Below are positions 53,403-63,489 of a stretch of 64,000 bases of DNA, piece after piece. The DNA lies in assembly GCA_965248445.1 (NCBI GenBank), contig CBDFJG010000004.1:1888001-1952000 (forward strand). The letters run 5' to 3'. Under the pieces are notes generated by a model. That model was not told the DNA's origin. It did not search any database and worked only from the letters and a program-made list of their open reading frames with translations. Position 1 is the first letter of the stretch, and each line of letters starts with the position of its first letter. The position numbers and the translations under genes are program-made. The DNA comes from Planctomycetota bacterium (lineage in GTDB: Bacteria > Planctomycetota > JAJSAM01 > JAJVHW01).

Positions 53403-54902
53403 GTAACCGTTCACCCCTTGACAGCGTGTGAGCCTCAGCGTGCGAGGGGCAGCGGGACCATGACGGGCGGGTCGGCGCCGGTGAGGTGCGCGGCGACCGA
53501 GTCGGCGAGGAAGTCGAAGACTTGGTCGCCACGGCGTCGCAGCGTGGCCGCGGCGGTCAACACGCGCTCGGCGAAGCGGAGTCCGCGAGCGGACTGGCTT
53601 CCGAAGGAGCCCTTGCGCCAGAGCACCGCTTTGCGGACCGCGCGCTCGGCGGCGTTGTTCGTCGGACTCACGTCCTGGGTCCGCGCATAGGTGAAGAGGG
53701 CGACCACGCGGGGGCGCAGATGGTTGGCCAGAGCCGAGTCGTCGTTCGCGATCAGTCGCTCGAGCCGTCCGCGCAGCACAGCGGCTTCGCCTTGCAGCCG
53801 GTCACGGTCGCCGTGCTCACCGAAGAGCCGGTAGCTGCGCATGACCGACTGCGCGATCATGACGCCCTTGTTGCCGAAGCGGCGATGTCCTCGCGGGCCT
53901 TCGGCCAGCGCACGGAAGGCGCGCTCGATGTGCGCCCAGCAGAGCTGGCGGCGGGCAAGTGGGTGTGACTCGTAGGCACCCATCCGGTCGCTGATCACCG
54001 TGCCACCGAAGCGCCGCCCGATCAGCCGCCCTTTCGCCTTGGCACTGCGGCGGCGATCGATCCCGAAGGCTGTGGCGTGCTCGCTCTCCGCCGCCCACAG
54101 CCAGCACACCCGGCCCCGTTCCTTCCACGACGTCTCGTCCACGTTGGCTCGCAGCGACGTGCGGACTGCCCCGAGGGCTTCGAGGTACGACGAGTGCAGA
54201 GCGTCACTGAGCCGACGCTCACAGTCGCTGATCTTGCCCAGCGACATCTTCACACCGAAAATCTCACCGAGCAGCCGCTGCGTCTCCCGCACGCTCACGC
54301 GGTACACGCCGCGCAGCGCGCCGGCAAGTGTGGTCAGCCGCGGACCGAAGGCCCCGGTCGGCACGCCATCGGGCAGGACCGCCGTCGTGACCGCACGACA
54401 GCGCCGGCACCGCGCCTTGTGCAGCCGGTGCTCCCGCACCGTGACGAGCACGCGCGGGAGCACCGTCACCTGGTGCCGGTACGGATCGCCGATGCCCTGC
54501 TCGAGATCGTCGTGTCCGCACGCGTCGCAGCGGTCGGGACGGTGGTCCTTGGTCTCATCGACGTTGGACGGATCCACCAGCTCGCGCGCCGTGCCCTCAT
54601 GGCCCGGCTGTCCGCCCTGCTTGCGACCGCTACGCGGCCTTCGGCCGCGACGGCGCTTGGACCACGCCGGGTCCGACGACGGAGGCCTCGAGCTGTTGCG
54701 GGAGTCACGCTTCAGACGCGACTCGAGCTCGTCGATGCGGCGCAGATGCTTCGCTTCGCGACGCTCCAGCTCCTCGATCCAGGCCAGAAGGCCCTCGACC
54801 ATCGCCCGCAGATCCTCGTCCTGCCGCTCGCCCACAACATCTTGATCGACCGATGGCCGAACGATCTGGATCCTGGCTCGCGACGAAGGGGTGAACGGTT
54901 AC
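53403..54902 (-). mobile_element. IS66-family element A, copy 4 (transposase 53435-54835)
   Basis: Same IRs and 1500-bp length; no TSD. Confidence 0.93.
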
Positions 54903-54938
54903 GCTCCGACGACCTTCGGCGTCGAGGAGGCTGGGCGA

Positions 54939-55535
54939 ATGTCAGAGATCGCGTCACATCGGGACGAACGTCTCGTAGAGCGTCTGCTAGCTGCTGCTTG
55001 CCGCGGTGATCGTCGAGCGGGCGCGGCACTGATCCAACACTACTCCGGGTTCGTTCTCGAAAGGGCTCGCAGGCAAGTGAGATCGAGTCTCCAGCACCGC
55101 TGTGAGCCGAGCGACATTGCTCAGTCCGTTCTCACCGATGCGCTAGAAGCGGTTCACCGCCTCGACAACCGAGGACGTCGCTCGTTCGAGGGCTGGCTTG
55201 GGAAGATCACATGCAACACGGTGGCGATGTCCCTGCGTCGTCATACCGGATCCGACGTGACTTGCCGGGTCGTCAGCGTGTCATCGGCCAACGATCTGCC
55301 AGACCCGCTGGAGACGCCGATACAGTCGGCGTTGCGCCGGGAGCGCTACGCGCACGCACGCGCTCTGCTCCTGTCTCTCGGTCCACAGGAACGTGAAGTC
55401 GTTCGTCTCCGTATCGAAGAGGATCTATCCCACCGCGAGGTCGCTATCCGACTGGGTCTCCTGTCCGAGGACGCCGCACGAAAGCGCTACATGCGCGCGA
55501 TCAAACACCTCCGCCGTCGGGCCCGCACCGGCTGA
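54939..55535 (+). CDS. ECF-type sigma-70 factor
   Basis: [10 protein letters not shown]; region 2 (SDIAQ...SFEGWL) and region 4 (EREVVRLR..EDLSHREVA..LG). Confidence 0.85.
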   Translation: MSEIASHRDERLVERLLAAACRGDRRAGAALIQHYSGFVLERARRQVRSSLQHRCEPSDIAQSVLTDALEAVHRLDNRGRRSFEGWLGKITCNTVAMSLRRHTGSDVTCRVVSVSSANDLPDPLETPIQSALRRERYAHARALLLSLGPQEREVVRLRIEEDLSHREVAIRLGLLSEDAARKRYMRAIKHLRRRARTG

Positions 55536-55595
55536 CGAGCGGGCCTCTATCGAACGCGATGTCACGAGTTGCGGTGTCAGGTTCCGGAGGTCTTC

Positions 55596-55814
55596 TCACG
55601 ATTCGGCGTTGATGTCGACACGCCAGCGGAGCGCGATCAGGACGTCTTTGCGGCTCACGTCACCGCGTCCCGCGAGGTCGGCGAGCGTGCGGGCGACGCG
55701 GAGGACGCGGACCACGCCGCGGGCGGAGAGAGCGCCGCCGGCCGCGGCGCGGGCGAGGGCGGCAGTGGCTTCGCGATCGAGGCGCGCGAAGCGCTCGAGG
55801 TCGCGGGGGCGGAG
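55596..55814 (-). pseudogene. comM: 3' end of a ComM/YifB Mg-chelatase-like ATPase gene
   Basis: LSARGVVRVLRVARTLADLAG...V..ALRWR C-terminal signature. Confidence 0.75.
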
Positions 55815-56030
55815 AGGATCTTCGCCCACTTGTTCGACAGCGCTCGCGTTGCGGTGTTGTGACGGACGCCTCGCGCGCGCTGGTAGTCGTAGTAGGCGCG
55901 CGCCCAAGTGCTGGCCGCGCGGCTGCAGCGCGCCACGTTGTAGAGCGCGGCCTGCAGTCCGCGGCGGCAGTGCCGCCGCGTGCTGACGTGGCCGCGCGTC
56001 TGCTCGCCCGAGCGGCGCGTGAAGACGCTT
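55815..56030 (-). pseudogene. IS110-family transposase internal fragment
   Basis: TRRSG...RHCRRGLQAALY..A..S...WARAYY...RARG..H..A.RALSNKWAKIL. Confidence 0.7.
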
Positions 56031-56151
56031 CTGTCGCCCCTCCCGGAGGGCCAGAAATCGAAGTGGATACCTACAAGGGCATGGACAACAAGAAACCTCA
56101 TCCAGTTCCAGCAGACTGAGCCTATGCAGTTGTCGCACGCGGACGCGAACG

Positions 56152-56300
56152 TTGACGCTACGACTGCTGCTCGGCCTGCCGCTACGCCAGACCGAGGGCG
56201 CGAGATCGAAGAGAGCAGGAAGTGGGGGCGCTACTCGCGTGCAACATCCTCAACAGGATGATCGGACTCGCCCGGCCCGAGTCCTACCCGATCGGCGTGT
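56152..56300 (+). pseudogene. Internally deleted IS5-family (IS903-like) transposase remnant
   Basis: N-terminal TLRLLLGLPLRQTEG lies next to C-terminal ACNILNRMIGLARPESY. Confidence 0.65.
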
Positions 56301-56310
56301 CGCGATCTCC

Positions 56311-56772
56311 TCACGCACGTACTCGGCGAACAGCCTGTCCGCTGAGTCGAGCCAGGAGCAGAATGACGACAAGCTCCGCGAGGACGATCCCGTTGGCGGT
56401 GAGTGCGTCCGAGACCGTGCGGCGCTGGAAGGCCGTCAGGCAACCGCAGTCCGCGTCCGCGCCCAGCTGCATCCGCAGGAACCACAGCCACGCGCAGAAG
56501 AGCGCGACGATCGTGGCTCCGAGTGCAATCGCCCGGGTTCCGCCGAGACGTCCGAGAGCGAGCGCTGTGACGACGGCGCACTCCACGCCGGCGACCACGG
56601 AAACAAGCGCGACCCCAAGCCAGTTCGACTCGAGGGCCACGATCGCAGACTCCACCGCCGTCCTCGGGTCGAGGAGCTTCGACACGGCGCCGAGCCCCGC
56701 GATGATCGCCACCGTCCACACCCCGGCAGGAACCAGCACTCCGGTCAAGCACCGGAACGCTCTGGTGCTCAT
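56311..56772 (-). CDS. MauE/DoxX-like membrane protein
   Basis: AGLGAVSKLLDP, E in TM2, DCGCL motif, N in the last TM. Confidence 0.75.
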   Translation of the reverse strand: MSTRAFRCLTGVLVPAGVWTVAIIAGLGAVSKLLDPRTAVESAIVALESNWLGVALVSVVAGVECAVVTALALGRLGGTRAIALGATIVALFCAWLWFLRMQLGADADCGCLTAFQRRTVSDALTANGIVLAELVVILLLARLSGQAVRRVRA

Positions 56773-57158
56773 GGCGTGACGATCAGCGTCGCGCGCGACA
56801 TGCCATCGGGTCGCGCACGCTCCGCATCGAGACGCACCCGGGGAGTCCGCTCGTGCAGAGGGGTCGAGACCAAGAACTCCAACTGTTGGTGTGCCGCCAC
56901 GTCGATGAACTCACGAGGCCCCAGGATCCGCGCCGTGGCCGGCTCTTCGCATGAGACCGTCACGCGGTCGAAACCGTGGACTCCCGCGACGCCCATCCGG
57001 ACCAGCCAGGTTCGCTGCGAGCTCGTCTGCATGCTCGCGGGACGCACCTCACCTGTGAGCCACGCCGGGCTCCTCCAGATCGAGAGCGCGACGCGTGACG
57101 TCCCGATGGCAAACGCGGCCGCCACGAGTGCCAGGCTCGCGGACCGGGTCAACCTCAC
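56769..57158 (-). CDS. Small exported Ig-like (DUF1573-like) protein
   Basis: Signal/TM segment, VTVSC, beta-rich; coupled to neighbours by 4-bp overlaps. Confidence 0.45.
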   Translation of the reverse strand: MRLTRSASLALVAAAFAIGTSRVALSIWRSPAWLTGEVRPASMQTSSQRTWLVRMGVAGVHGFDRVTVSCEEPATARILGPREFIDVAAHQQLEFLVSTPLHERTPRVRLDAERARPDGMSRATLIVTP

Positions 57159-59305
57159 TCGCCGACTTCCACTTCAACGGCGAGCGTGGCGACGCCGCTC
57201 GGAACGTCGAAGAACGTCCTTCCGCCGACGCCGCCGCCGACGCCGACCACCGCGTACGCACCCGGGAGGAGTCGCGCCGCTGCCCGGCCCGTCTCATCGG
57301 TCCGGATCTTGGTGTTCCCACGCAGGCAGGGGCCGGAGTCGTCGCCGCGGCCGGCGACCCGAGAGACGACCAGCGGGATGCCGCCCATCGGGAGCGTCCG
57401 GCCGTCACGCTGGACCGAGAACGCCACGGACGTCGCGTCCACGCGGTCCGCATCGAATCGAGGCGCCGCCAGGACAGTCGGCTCGTCCGCCGACAGCGTG
57501 CCGACGGGAACGTAGCGCACGGTTTCGGGCCGGACGGCGATCGGCCTTCCCTCGCTCGTCTGCTCGAGCAGTCCGAACGCAATGGCGTCGATGCGCTCGT
57601 TCGCCGGGAGCCAGAAAGAGACCGACCCTTCTGCTGTCAGCTCGATCTGCTCGTAGGGATCGACCCACGCCGAGATGTCGCGCAGTCCCGCGTCGTGGAC
57701 GGCCCCCGCGTCGTCCTGCCGAATGTCTCGCACGTAGGGCCAGGCGGAGTACCGGGACACCCAGGCGCGTCGACCGCCCGGAAAGTCGGACTCCGCGAGG
57801 TCTCCGAGACTCAGCTCGATCACACGACCCGCGGGCACGTGTAGCTCGAGTTCCGTCGCCTGTGGCGAGTCTGCCGGCTGGAACTCGAGCGACGCGATCT
57901 GGATGGGGCCGATGTGCAGCTCTGCCGTGTGTCCACCCTCGTGCGTTGCGCGATGCGAGAAACGGCCAGGTCCCACGCGCTCGACGCCGCCCAGCTCGGT
58001 CATCCAGCCCTCGAGCGAGTAGGCGGGCGGGATCCAGCCGGGCACGGGCTGGACGGGGACCGTGACCTGCGCCGTGGGATCGAACGCCTCCCGCTCGTGA
58101 GACAGCCGCTGCTGATCGATCGGATGGACCTGCACGCCCGCTCCGGCGGCGATGGCGAGCGGGGCGCCCGGACCTGTCAGAGTGATGCGCACCCCGCGCC
58201 GGCGCTGGAGCACGATGCTCTCGGTGCGGGCGTCGGCGACCCGGCAGTCGAGCGCGATTGCACGCGTCACGTGCCGGGGTCCGCCGACGCCGAGGAAGAC
58301 GTGACCGGGTTGTCGCGGGAAGCGCAGCACGATCTCCCCGCTCTCGTCGAGCCGCACTACGTAGCGCGCCTCTTCGAACGCATCGTGCTCGCGCATGTTC
58401 CACTGACCGTGGCGGCCCACCTTGACGAGGGCGTCGATGACCGGGGCGCCGTCGGGGTCCACGACGCGAAGAGTCCACGTCGAGATCTCGGACGACGGCG
58501 CCACGATGTCCCCGACGTCCACGATCGGGGCCGGTGAATCGGCGAACGACCTCATCTCGCTCCACACCCCAGCGTCTCCCGTCGCGGCGATCACGAATCG
58601 GCCGGGTCTGATGCGTGTCGAGAACTGGCCGTCCGGTCCCGCGACCGCGGCGTGCTCCTGCACGGACGACTCACCGCTGCAGCAGCGTCTGGCCGGGGCA
58701 TAGCCGTCCGACGCGATCCGGATCTGCGCACCCGCGGCGGGTTCGCCCGCGTCGTTGATGACCCGGCCGCGGACCTTGAGTGATCGGCGCAGGACCAGAA
58801 CGAGAGGTGGTGCGCTACCTGCACGCCGTCTGTCCAGCGTGAGCGCGTGTCTCGAGCTCATCGTCGGGCCAGCGTCGCACCGAGCCCGGACCCAGAACGT
58901 CCTGTTCGTCTCCGCGAGTTGCAGCGTCACGCGAAAGCGTCCCGTCTCGCCCTCCGGCGCTCCGACCGCGCGGACCCGGGCTCGATCGGCATTCGCATCC
59001 AGCACTTCGACGGTGACCGCGTCGGCGGCTGCCTGACCTCCCTCTCCGCGCACGACGCCGTGCACGATGCCGGTCCACGTCGTCTGCGGACCCGGCTCCA
59101 CGTCGTCGGCCGGTGCGGTGGACTCGTCCTCGACCGGACGGGTCTTCGCACTGCGCAGCCCGCCCGCTACCTGGAGCCGCTCGTTGCCTGCCGCCGGAAC
59201 CGGCTCACCGCGGCCGCGAGCGGGCGTCCCGAAACCGAACTCGATGACCAGGAACGCGGCGATCGCGAGCAGGAGCAGTGCGACGACGATACGCCGAGTC
59301 GTCAT
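57155..59305 (-). CDS. Membrane-anchored protein with repeated carboxypeptidase-regulatory-like domains
   Basis: GRVINDAGEPAAGA, VVDPDGAPVIDA, TDETGRA..LLPGAY. Confidence 0.8.
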   Translation of the reverse strand: MTTRRIVVALLLLAIAAFLVIEFGFGTPARGRGEPVPAAGNERLQVAGGLRSAKTRPVEDESTAPADDVEPGPQTTWTGIVHGVVRGEGGQAAADAVTVEVLDANADRARVRAVGAPEGETGRFRVTLQLAETNRTFWVRARCDAGPTMSSRHALTLDRRRAGSAPPLVLVLRRSLKVRGRVINDAGEPAAGAQIRIASDGYAPARRCCSGESSVQEHAAVAGPDGQFSTRIRPGRFVIAATGDAGVWSEMRSFADSPAPIVDVGDIVAPSSEISTWTLRVVDPDGAPVIDALVKVGRHGQWNMREHDAFEEARYVVRLDESGEIVLRFPRQPGHVFLGVGGPRHVTRAIALDCRVADARTESIVLQRRRGVRITLTGPGAPLAIAAGAGVQVHPIDQQRLSHEREAFDPTAQVTVPVQPVPGWIPPAYSLEGWMTELGGVERVGPGRFSHRATHEGGHTAELHIGPIQIASLEFQPADSPQATELELHVPAGRVIELSLGDLAESDFPGGRRAWVSRYSAWPYVRDIRQDDAGAVHDAGLRDISAWVDPYEQIELTAEGSVSFWLPANERIDAIAFGLLEQTSEGRPIAVRPETVRYVPVGTLSADEPTVLAAPRFDADRVDATSVAFSVQRDGRTLPMGGIPLVVSRVAGRGDDSGPCLRGNTKIRTDETGRAAARLLPGAYAVVGVGGGVGGRTFFDVPSGVATLAVEVEVGE

Positions 59306-59471
59306 TCGTGCATCGCTCTCACGCGGCCACGCGCTCGGGCCACAGTCCGCTCCCCATCACCGGCCCGCAGTGCAGGTCGTTTTCGGCCCGGCCTCCACGT
59401 CGCGATCTCGCACCAGAGGCGAGACGGGCGTCTCACCGCGCGGCCGCTACGGACGCCATCGTCGCCGCGTA

Positions 59472-60302
59472 TCACCGGGAGAGGACCGTCGAGGAAAGGC
59501 GGGAAATCATCTGGAACTTCCAGTTGGTCACGCTGCAGTTGTCGGCGGTCGCGGCGGCGTCCGTCTTGACCTCGTACGTGACCTTTACGTCTCGTATGTC
59601 GAGGGTGCTGAAATCGGAGGTGGAATTCCGGTAGTCGGTGTCGTCCGACGGATCCGTGCCCTCGCCACCGAACGAGGCGACGCCATGCGTCGCGTTGACG
59701 GAAGTGATCGGCTGACCCGCGTTCTGGTGGGGAATCGGGTAGTTGCCCGCCGGGACGGCGGTGCCGACGGTGTGTGCATCGTACTGCTCGTATGGGTCCG
59801 AGGGGGTCGCCCAGCCGGGCTCGGAGGTCGAGTCGTCGGTCTTGGTGATGACGACCGTCGGCTGCTTGTCGGTGACCCTCACGGTCGGCGACCACCACCA
59901 CTGCCCGTCGAGCGGATTCGACTGCGATGCGGTTCCGGAGTCCATTGTGCTCGTGGTGAGATCGACCAAGATCGCGACATCCGTTGTCCCGTTCCTTACC
60001 CACTTGTGAACCAGCGTAACGGTCTCCTGCGCCATCGGGACCGAACAGAGCGGCTCGTTCACGCCGGTCCACTCAGCGCCGTTGCTGCCCTGGATGGAGA
60101 TGATCCAGTTGTACGACTTGGTATTCGACCACGCCTTCAGCAGACCGGACGAACCGGCGATGCCGCCACAGGGCACCGCGTCCTTCCCCCCGGTCACCGA
60201 GGCATACCCACTGGACGGCGGAGTCAGATTGGCCCAAGCCGGCAGTGACATAGCGAGGCCAACAAGCACCGCGCTCAACGAGACCCTTCGAGCGGACGTC
60301 AT
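59472..60302 (-). CDS. Secreted Ser/Thr/Asp-rich beta protein
   Basis: AAGGAG RBS; signal peptide ending AWA. Confidence 0.75.
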   Translation of the reverse strand: MTSARRVSLSAVLVGLAMSLPAWANLTPPSSGYASVTGGKDAVPCGGIAGSSGLLKAWSNTKSYNWIISIQGSNGAEWTGVNEPLCSVPMAQETVTLVHKWVRNGTTDVAILVDLTTSTMDSGTASQSNPLDGQWWWSPTVRVTDKQPTVVITKTDDSTSEPGWATPSDPYEQYDAHTVGTAVPAGNYPIPHQNAGQPITSVNATHGVASFGGEGTDPSDDTDYRNSTSDFSTLDIRDVKVTYEVKTDAAATADNCSVTNWKFQMISRLSSTVLSR

Positions 60303-60467
60303 GGCTCAGCTCCTTGGTTTCCTGTTTACGAGGCCCCACGTATGCACGGCCGCCCGCGCGGCCGCTCTGGTTACTGGACGTACGTGTTCAGGTTCGACGA
60401 GTTGTAGAACTTCCAGTTCCGAGCAAACGACACATTTCGAGACTAGATCGTGCCCTTTCGGGCCGCC

Positions 60468-60489
60468 TGGGGCCATGTTGGGGCCATGT
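60468..60489. repeat. Tandem 11-bp direct repeat, possible integrase arm-type site
   Basis: TGGGGCCATGT occurs twice at the boundary of the phage-like block. Confidence 0.45.
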
Positions 60490-60506
60490 CGTCGCGGTCA
60501 TCGGCG

Positions 60507-60659
60507 TCACCTCACACCGTGGTCGAGGTGGGCATGGACGCTCATGAACCCGGCCACCAGACTCAGCACGCAAACGGCCGTGACGATGTCCGTGGTGAAC
60601 ACGAGCACCGTGAACCCAATACCGATGGACGCGATGCCGAACCACAAGAGCGCCCTCAT
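60507..60659 (-). CDS. Small phage-like membrane protein
   Basis: Two TM helices; ATGA overlap. Confidence 0.5.
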   Translation of the reverse strand: MRALLWFGIASIGIGFTVLVFTTDIVTAVCVLSLVAGFMSVHAHLDHGVR

Positions 60660-61039
60660 TCCGTCTCTCCGAGCGCCGCGATGACGGCGTCGAGCATCGC
60701 CTCGGTCGGGGTGGCGCCAGTCGCGCCTTGCATCCCGACTCCGGGCGGCTCGGGCGTTTCGTGGTCCAGCCCGACATACCACTCGTCCGGGTGACGGCGG
60801 ATGCAGCCGAACTCCCATCCCTCCGGCAGCGCCTCGGCCAGCCGACCGACGAAGAACAGTTGCTCGGCGAGGGTGTACGACTCGTCGTCCGAGGCGGCGA
60901 ACAGCCACATGAAGCTCCCCTCTGGGCTTGACTCCTCGCCGTGTTCCATGCTCATCGACGGTCCGAGCGACGGGTCAAGGCGATACGTCACCCCCGGCAG
61001 CAGCGCCGCGACATTCTCGGCCTTCTCGCGCAGGGTCAT
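60656..61039 (-). CDS. Phage hypothetical protein
   Basis: ATGA overlaps; C-terminal GATPTEAMLDAVIAAL. Confidence 0.6.
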   Translation of the reverse strand: MTLREKAENVAALLPGVTYRLDPSLGPSMSMEHGEESSPEGSFMWLFAASDDESYTLAEQLFFVGRLAEALPEGWEFGCIRRHPDEWYVGLDHETPEPPGVGMQGATGATPTEAMLDAVIAALGETE

Positions 61040-61458
61040 CGCAGGTCCGCCGTGACGTGGTCCTGGTGCTTGCTCGCCATGTGCCGCTTCACGTTCACGA
61101 ACTCGCGCTTGCAGAACAGGCAGGCGCCAGCACCCGCTCGCGTCTTCGCGCGAGTCAGGTGGCCCTTGTAGGCGCTGGCTCGGCGCTCTTGGTGGTCTCG
61201 CTGCTCTCGGAGACGCTGTGCCCGCCGCTCGGCGTCCGCCTTCTGCTTCGTCGCGTACTCCTCCCACTCGCGGGCGCTACGCCGGGCCTTCTCCAGGTCG
61301 CTCTCGCCCGGGTAGTGCTGCGGGTGTCCCGCGGGGCAGTAGAGGTTCTTGTGGTCGCGCCTCCGCTTGCGGAGGAACTCCTCCGTGATCGCGAACACCA
61401 TCGAGCAGTCGATGCAAGTCTCGAGGGCCAGTTGGATGCCGAAGGTCTGTGTGCTCAT
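61036..61458 (-). CDS. Phage Zn-finger/coiled-coil protein
   Basis: CxxC, YCPAGH, coiled coil, CLFCKR..F..HMASKH. Confidence 0.75.
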   Translation of the reverse strand: MSTQTFGIQLALETCIDCSMVFAITEEFLRKRRRDHKNLYCPAGHPQHYPGESDLEKARRSAREWEEYATKQKADAERRAQRLREQRDHQERRASAYKGHLTRAKTRAGAGACLFCKREFVNVKRHMASKHQDHVTADLR

Positions 61459-61505
61459 CGGTGTCTCCTGTTCGGACGTGTAGACGGCTCCGCTACCATG
61501 CCCCC

Positions 61506-62597
61506 GTGGAACGCCGCACCTTCGGGACCGTCTACCGCCGCAAGCGGCCCGACGGGACCCCCTACGACGACTGGCGGGTCCGCTGGTCCGAGAACGGCCG
61601 CCGACGCAAACAGAGCGGGTTCAAGACCCGGAAGGCGGCCAAGACGTTCCTCATGGAGCGCGAGGCCGACATCGCGAAGGGCCGCGTCCACGCCAGCGGC
61701 GTGACCTTCGACTCCATCATCCCGCTGTTCCTGCGCGCCAAGCGGGCGACGTGCGCGCCCTCGACCATCGAACGCGAGGAGGCGTGCCTGCGGAAGATTG
61801 CCGCGATGTGGGGCAACCGCCGCATGGCCGACGTGAAGCGCGGCGATGTCCGGGGGTGGACGCAGCGCATCGCGGTGAAGCGCGGGTACGCGCCCGCCAC
61901 GGTGCGGCTCTACCTCGCCGTCCTGTCCGGCGCCTACCGGGTCGGCATCGACGCCGGGCTGCTCGAGGTCAACCCGTGCGAGCGCCTCGGCCTCCGCAAG
62001 CCGCCGCTTAAGGCCGTCCCGTTCCTGTCGCCCGCGGACCTCGAGCGCCTGTACGCCACGATGCCGCCGAGCATCCGCCCCTACGTCATCGTGCTCGGCG
62101 AGACGGGCCTGCGTCGCGGTGAGGGCGAGCAACTGGCTTGGCGCGACATCACGCACGACTTCGTGACCCTGACCGTGCGGTACGGGAAGGGCGGGAAGAC
62201 GCGCGTGGTGCCGCTCACGGCTCGCGTAGCGGATGCTCTGCGGAGTCTCTGGGCTGCGCGGGAGGCGACACCGCTCCACGGCGCGGCGCTTGTCTTCGGC
62301 TTCCTCCCGAAGCGTCGCGTCGTGTCGCGCATCTTCCACCGGGCGGCGACGGCGGCTGGGTTCCCGACACTCACGCCGCACGGGCTCCGCCACGCTTTCG
62401 CGGTCGCGCTCGTGCGTGCCGGCGTGGACCTCCCGACCATCAAGCGACTGCTCGGGCACTCGTCGCTCGCCACGACGATGCGGTACGCCGACCACGCGCC
62501 GAACGACGCGCCGACACAGGCAATCCGTGCGCTGCAACGTCACCGGAAGTCCTCCCTCTCCCAAGGCGAGACGACCGGCACCGCCTCCACTTCGTGA
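61506..62597 (+). CDS. int: Tyrosine integrase (phage type)
   Basis: Arm-binding-like N-terminus; catalytic R (GLRRGE), K, HGLRH, LGH, Y (TMRY). Confidence 0.93.
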   Translation: MERRTFGTVYRRKRPDGTPYDDWRVRWSENGRRRKQSGFKTRKAAKTFLMEREADIAKGRVHASGVTFDSIIPLFLRAKRATCAPSTIEREEACLRKIAAMWGNRRMADVKRGDVRGWTQRIAVKRGYAPATVRLYLAVLSGAYRVGIDAGLLEVNPCERLGLRKPPLKAVPFLSPADLERLYATMPPSIRPYVIVLGETGLRRGEGEQLAWRDITHDFVTLTVRYGKGGKTRVVPLTARVADALRSLWAAREATPLHGAALVFGFLPKRRVVSRIFHRAATAAGFPTLTPHGLRHAFAVALVRAGVDLPTIKRLLGHSSLATTMRYADHAPNDAPTQAIRALQRHRKSSLSQGETTGTASTS

Positions 62598-62770
62598 CCG
62601 ACGGACTCGAGCGCTTTCTTCGTGACGTGCTCGTTCAACGCCTCTTGCGTCGTGATCCACGACTTGCCTGGCCTCCAAGCGGGGAGCGTCCCATCGGCGA
62701 AGAGTTCGCGCACCCGGCTCTCCGAGATGCTGAGCTGTGCGGCCACGTCAGGGGTGCGGAGGAGGCTCAC
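62540..62770 (-). CDS. Excisionase-like HTH protein
   Basis: LLRTPDVAAQLSIS..RV....DG.LPA...GKSW pattern. Confidence 0.8.
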   Translation of the reverse strand: MSLLRTPDVAAQLSISESRVRELFADGTLPAWRPGKSWITTQEALNEHVTKKALESVGHEVEAVPVVSPWEREDFR

Positions 62771-62973
62771 TCGGCGGGCTCCGGGACACGGCGCATCGCG
62801 GCCACTCCCGCAAGCGCGCGGTTCTGTGCGGCTTCCTCGTCGTGCAGGTACGTGAACGCCTCTCCAAGCGACCACTCCCCGATCTGGAGTTCATCGCACA
62901 GGACTGCGCATGGTTCGTGAACACGCATGATGTTCCCGTGGCCGGGTTCAGGGTCGCTCGGCTGCTCGGTCAT
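62767..62973 (-). CDS. Phage hypothetical protein
   Basis: Short ORF coupled by 4-bp overlaps on both sides. Confidence 0.5.
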   Translation of the reverse strand: MTEQPSDPEPGHGNIMRVHEPCAVLCDELQIGEWSLGEAFTYLHDEEAAQNRALAGVAAMRRVPEPAE

Positions 62974-63206
62974 GGCTGAGTCTCCAGCGCGCGGGCGGCG
63001 GCTTCGAGGATGTCGTTCATCGCGTGGTAGTCGCAGGTGTTGAAGCAGAGTTCGCCTTCGTTGACCGTCTGGTCTGCGGGCCACCTTGCCGCCTTGCAGT
63101 CCGTCACGAACTCGACGGCCTTCTTGAGCGCAGCGGTCAGCGTCTCGATGCGGGTGTCATTCCCCGGACGGTGTACGGACACGCGGCCACAGAAGACACA
63201 CGTCAA
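62970..63206 (-). CDS. Phage hypothetical protein (start uncertain)
   Basis: Stop overlaps the next ATG. Confidence 0.4.
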   Translation of the reverse strand: MTCVFCGRVSVHRPGNDTRIETLTAALKKAVEFVTDCKAARWPADQTVNEGELCFNTCDYHAMNDILEAAARALETQP

Positions 63207-63489
63207 GACGTTTGTAGATTGCCGCTCCCCTATCAGCCGCAGCGCCAGCCGGGCGAGGTCGCCTCGGTCCTTCTCAACCGGCGTGTCGCAGTGGCGTATC
63301 GCAGCCCGTCCGCTCCAACACGACGTACCCCCTCGACTGAGCTACGCCGCCGGCCGTGTCACAATGTAACACGCGCGCAGCCGGAGCCTGCCAGCCGCGA
63401 GCCCCGAGAGTGGGCGCAAGGGTGTCCGCCGATCGCGCCATTCCGTGAGGCAGGCAAACGACTTAGGACGGCGCATACCGGAGGCAGAG

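Noticed and set aside
55815..56150. Functional IS110 with a bridge RNA
   Set aside because: Only a short internal transposase fragment remains; no N-terminal DEDD domain or element ends were recognised.
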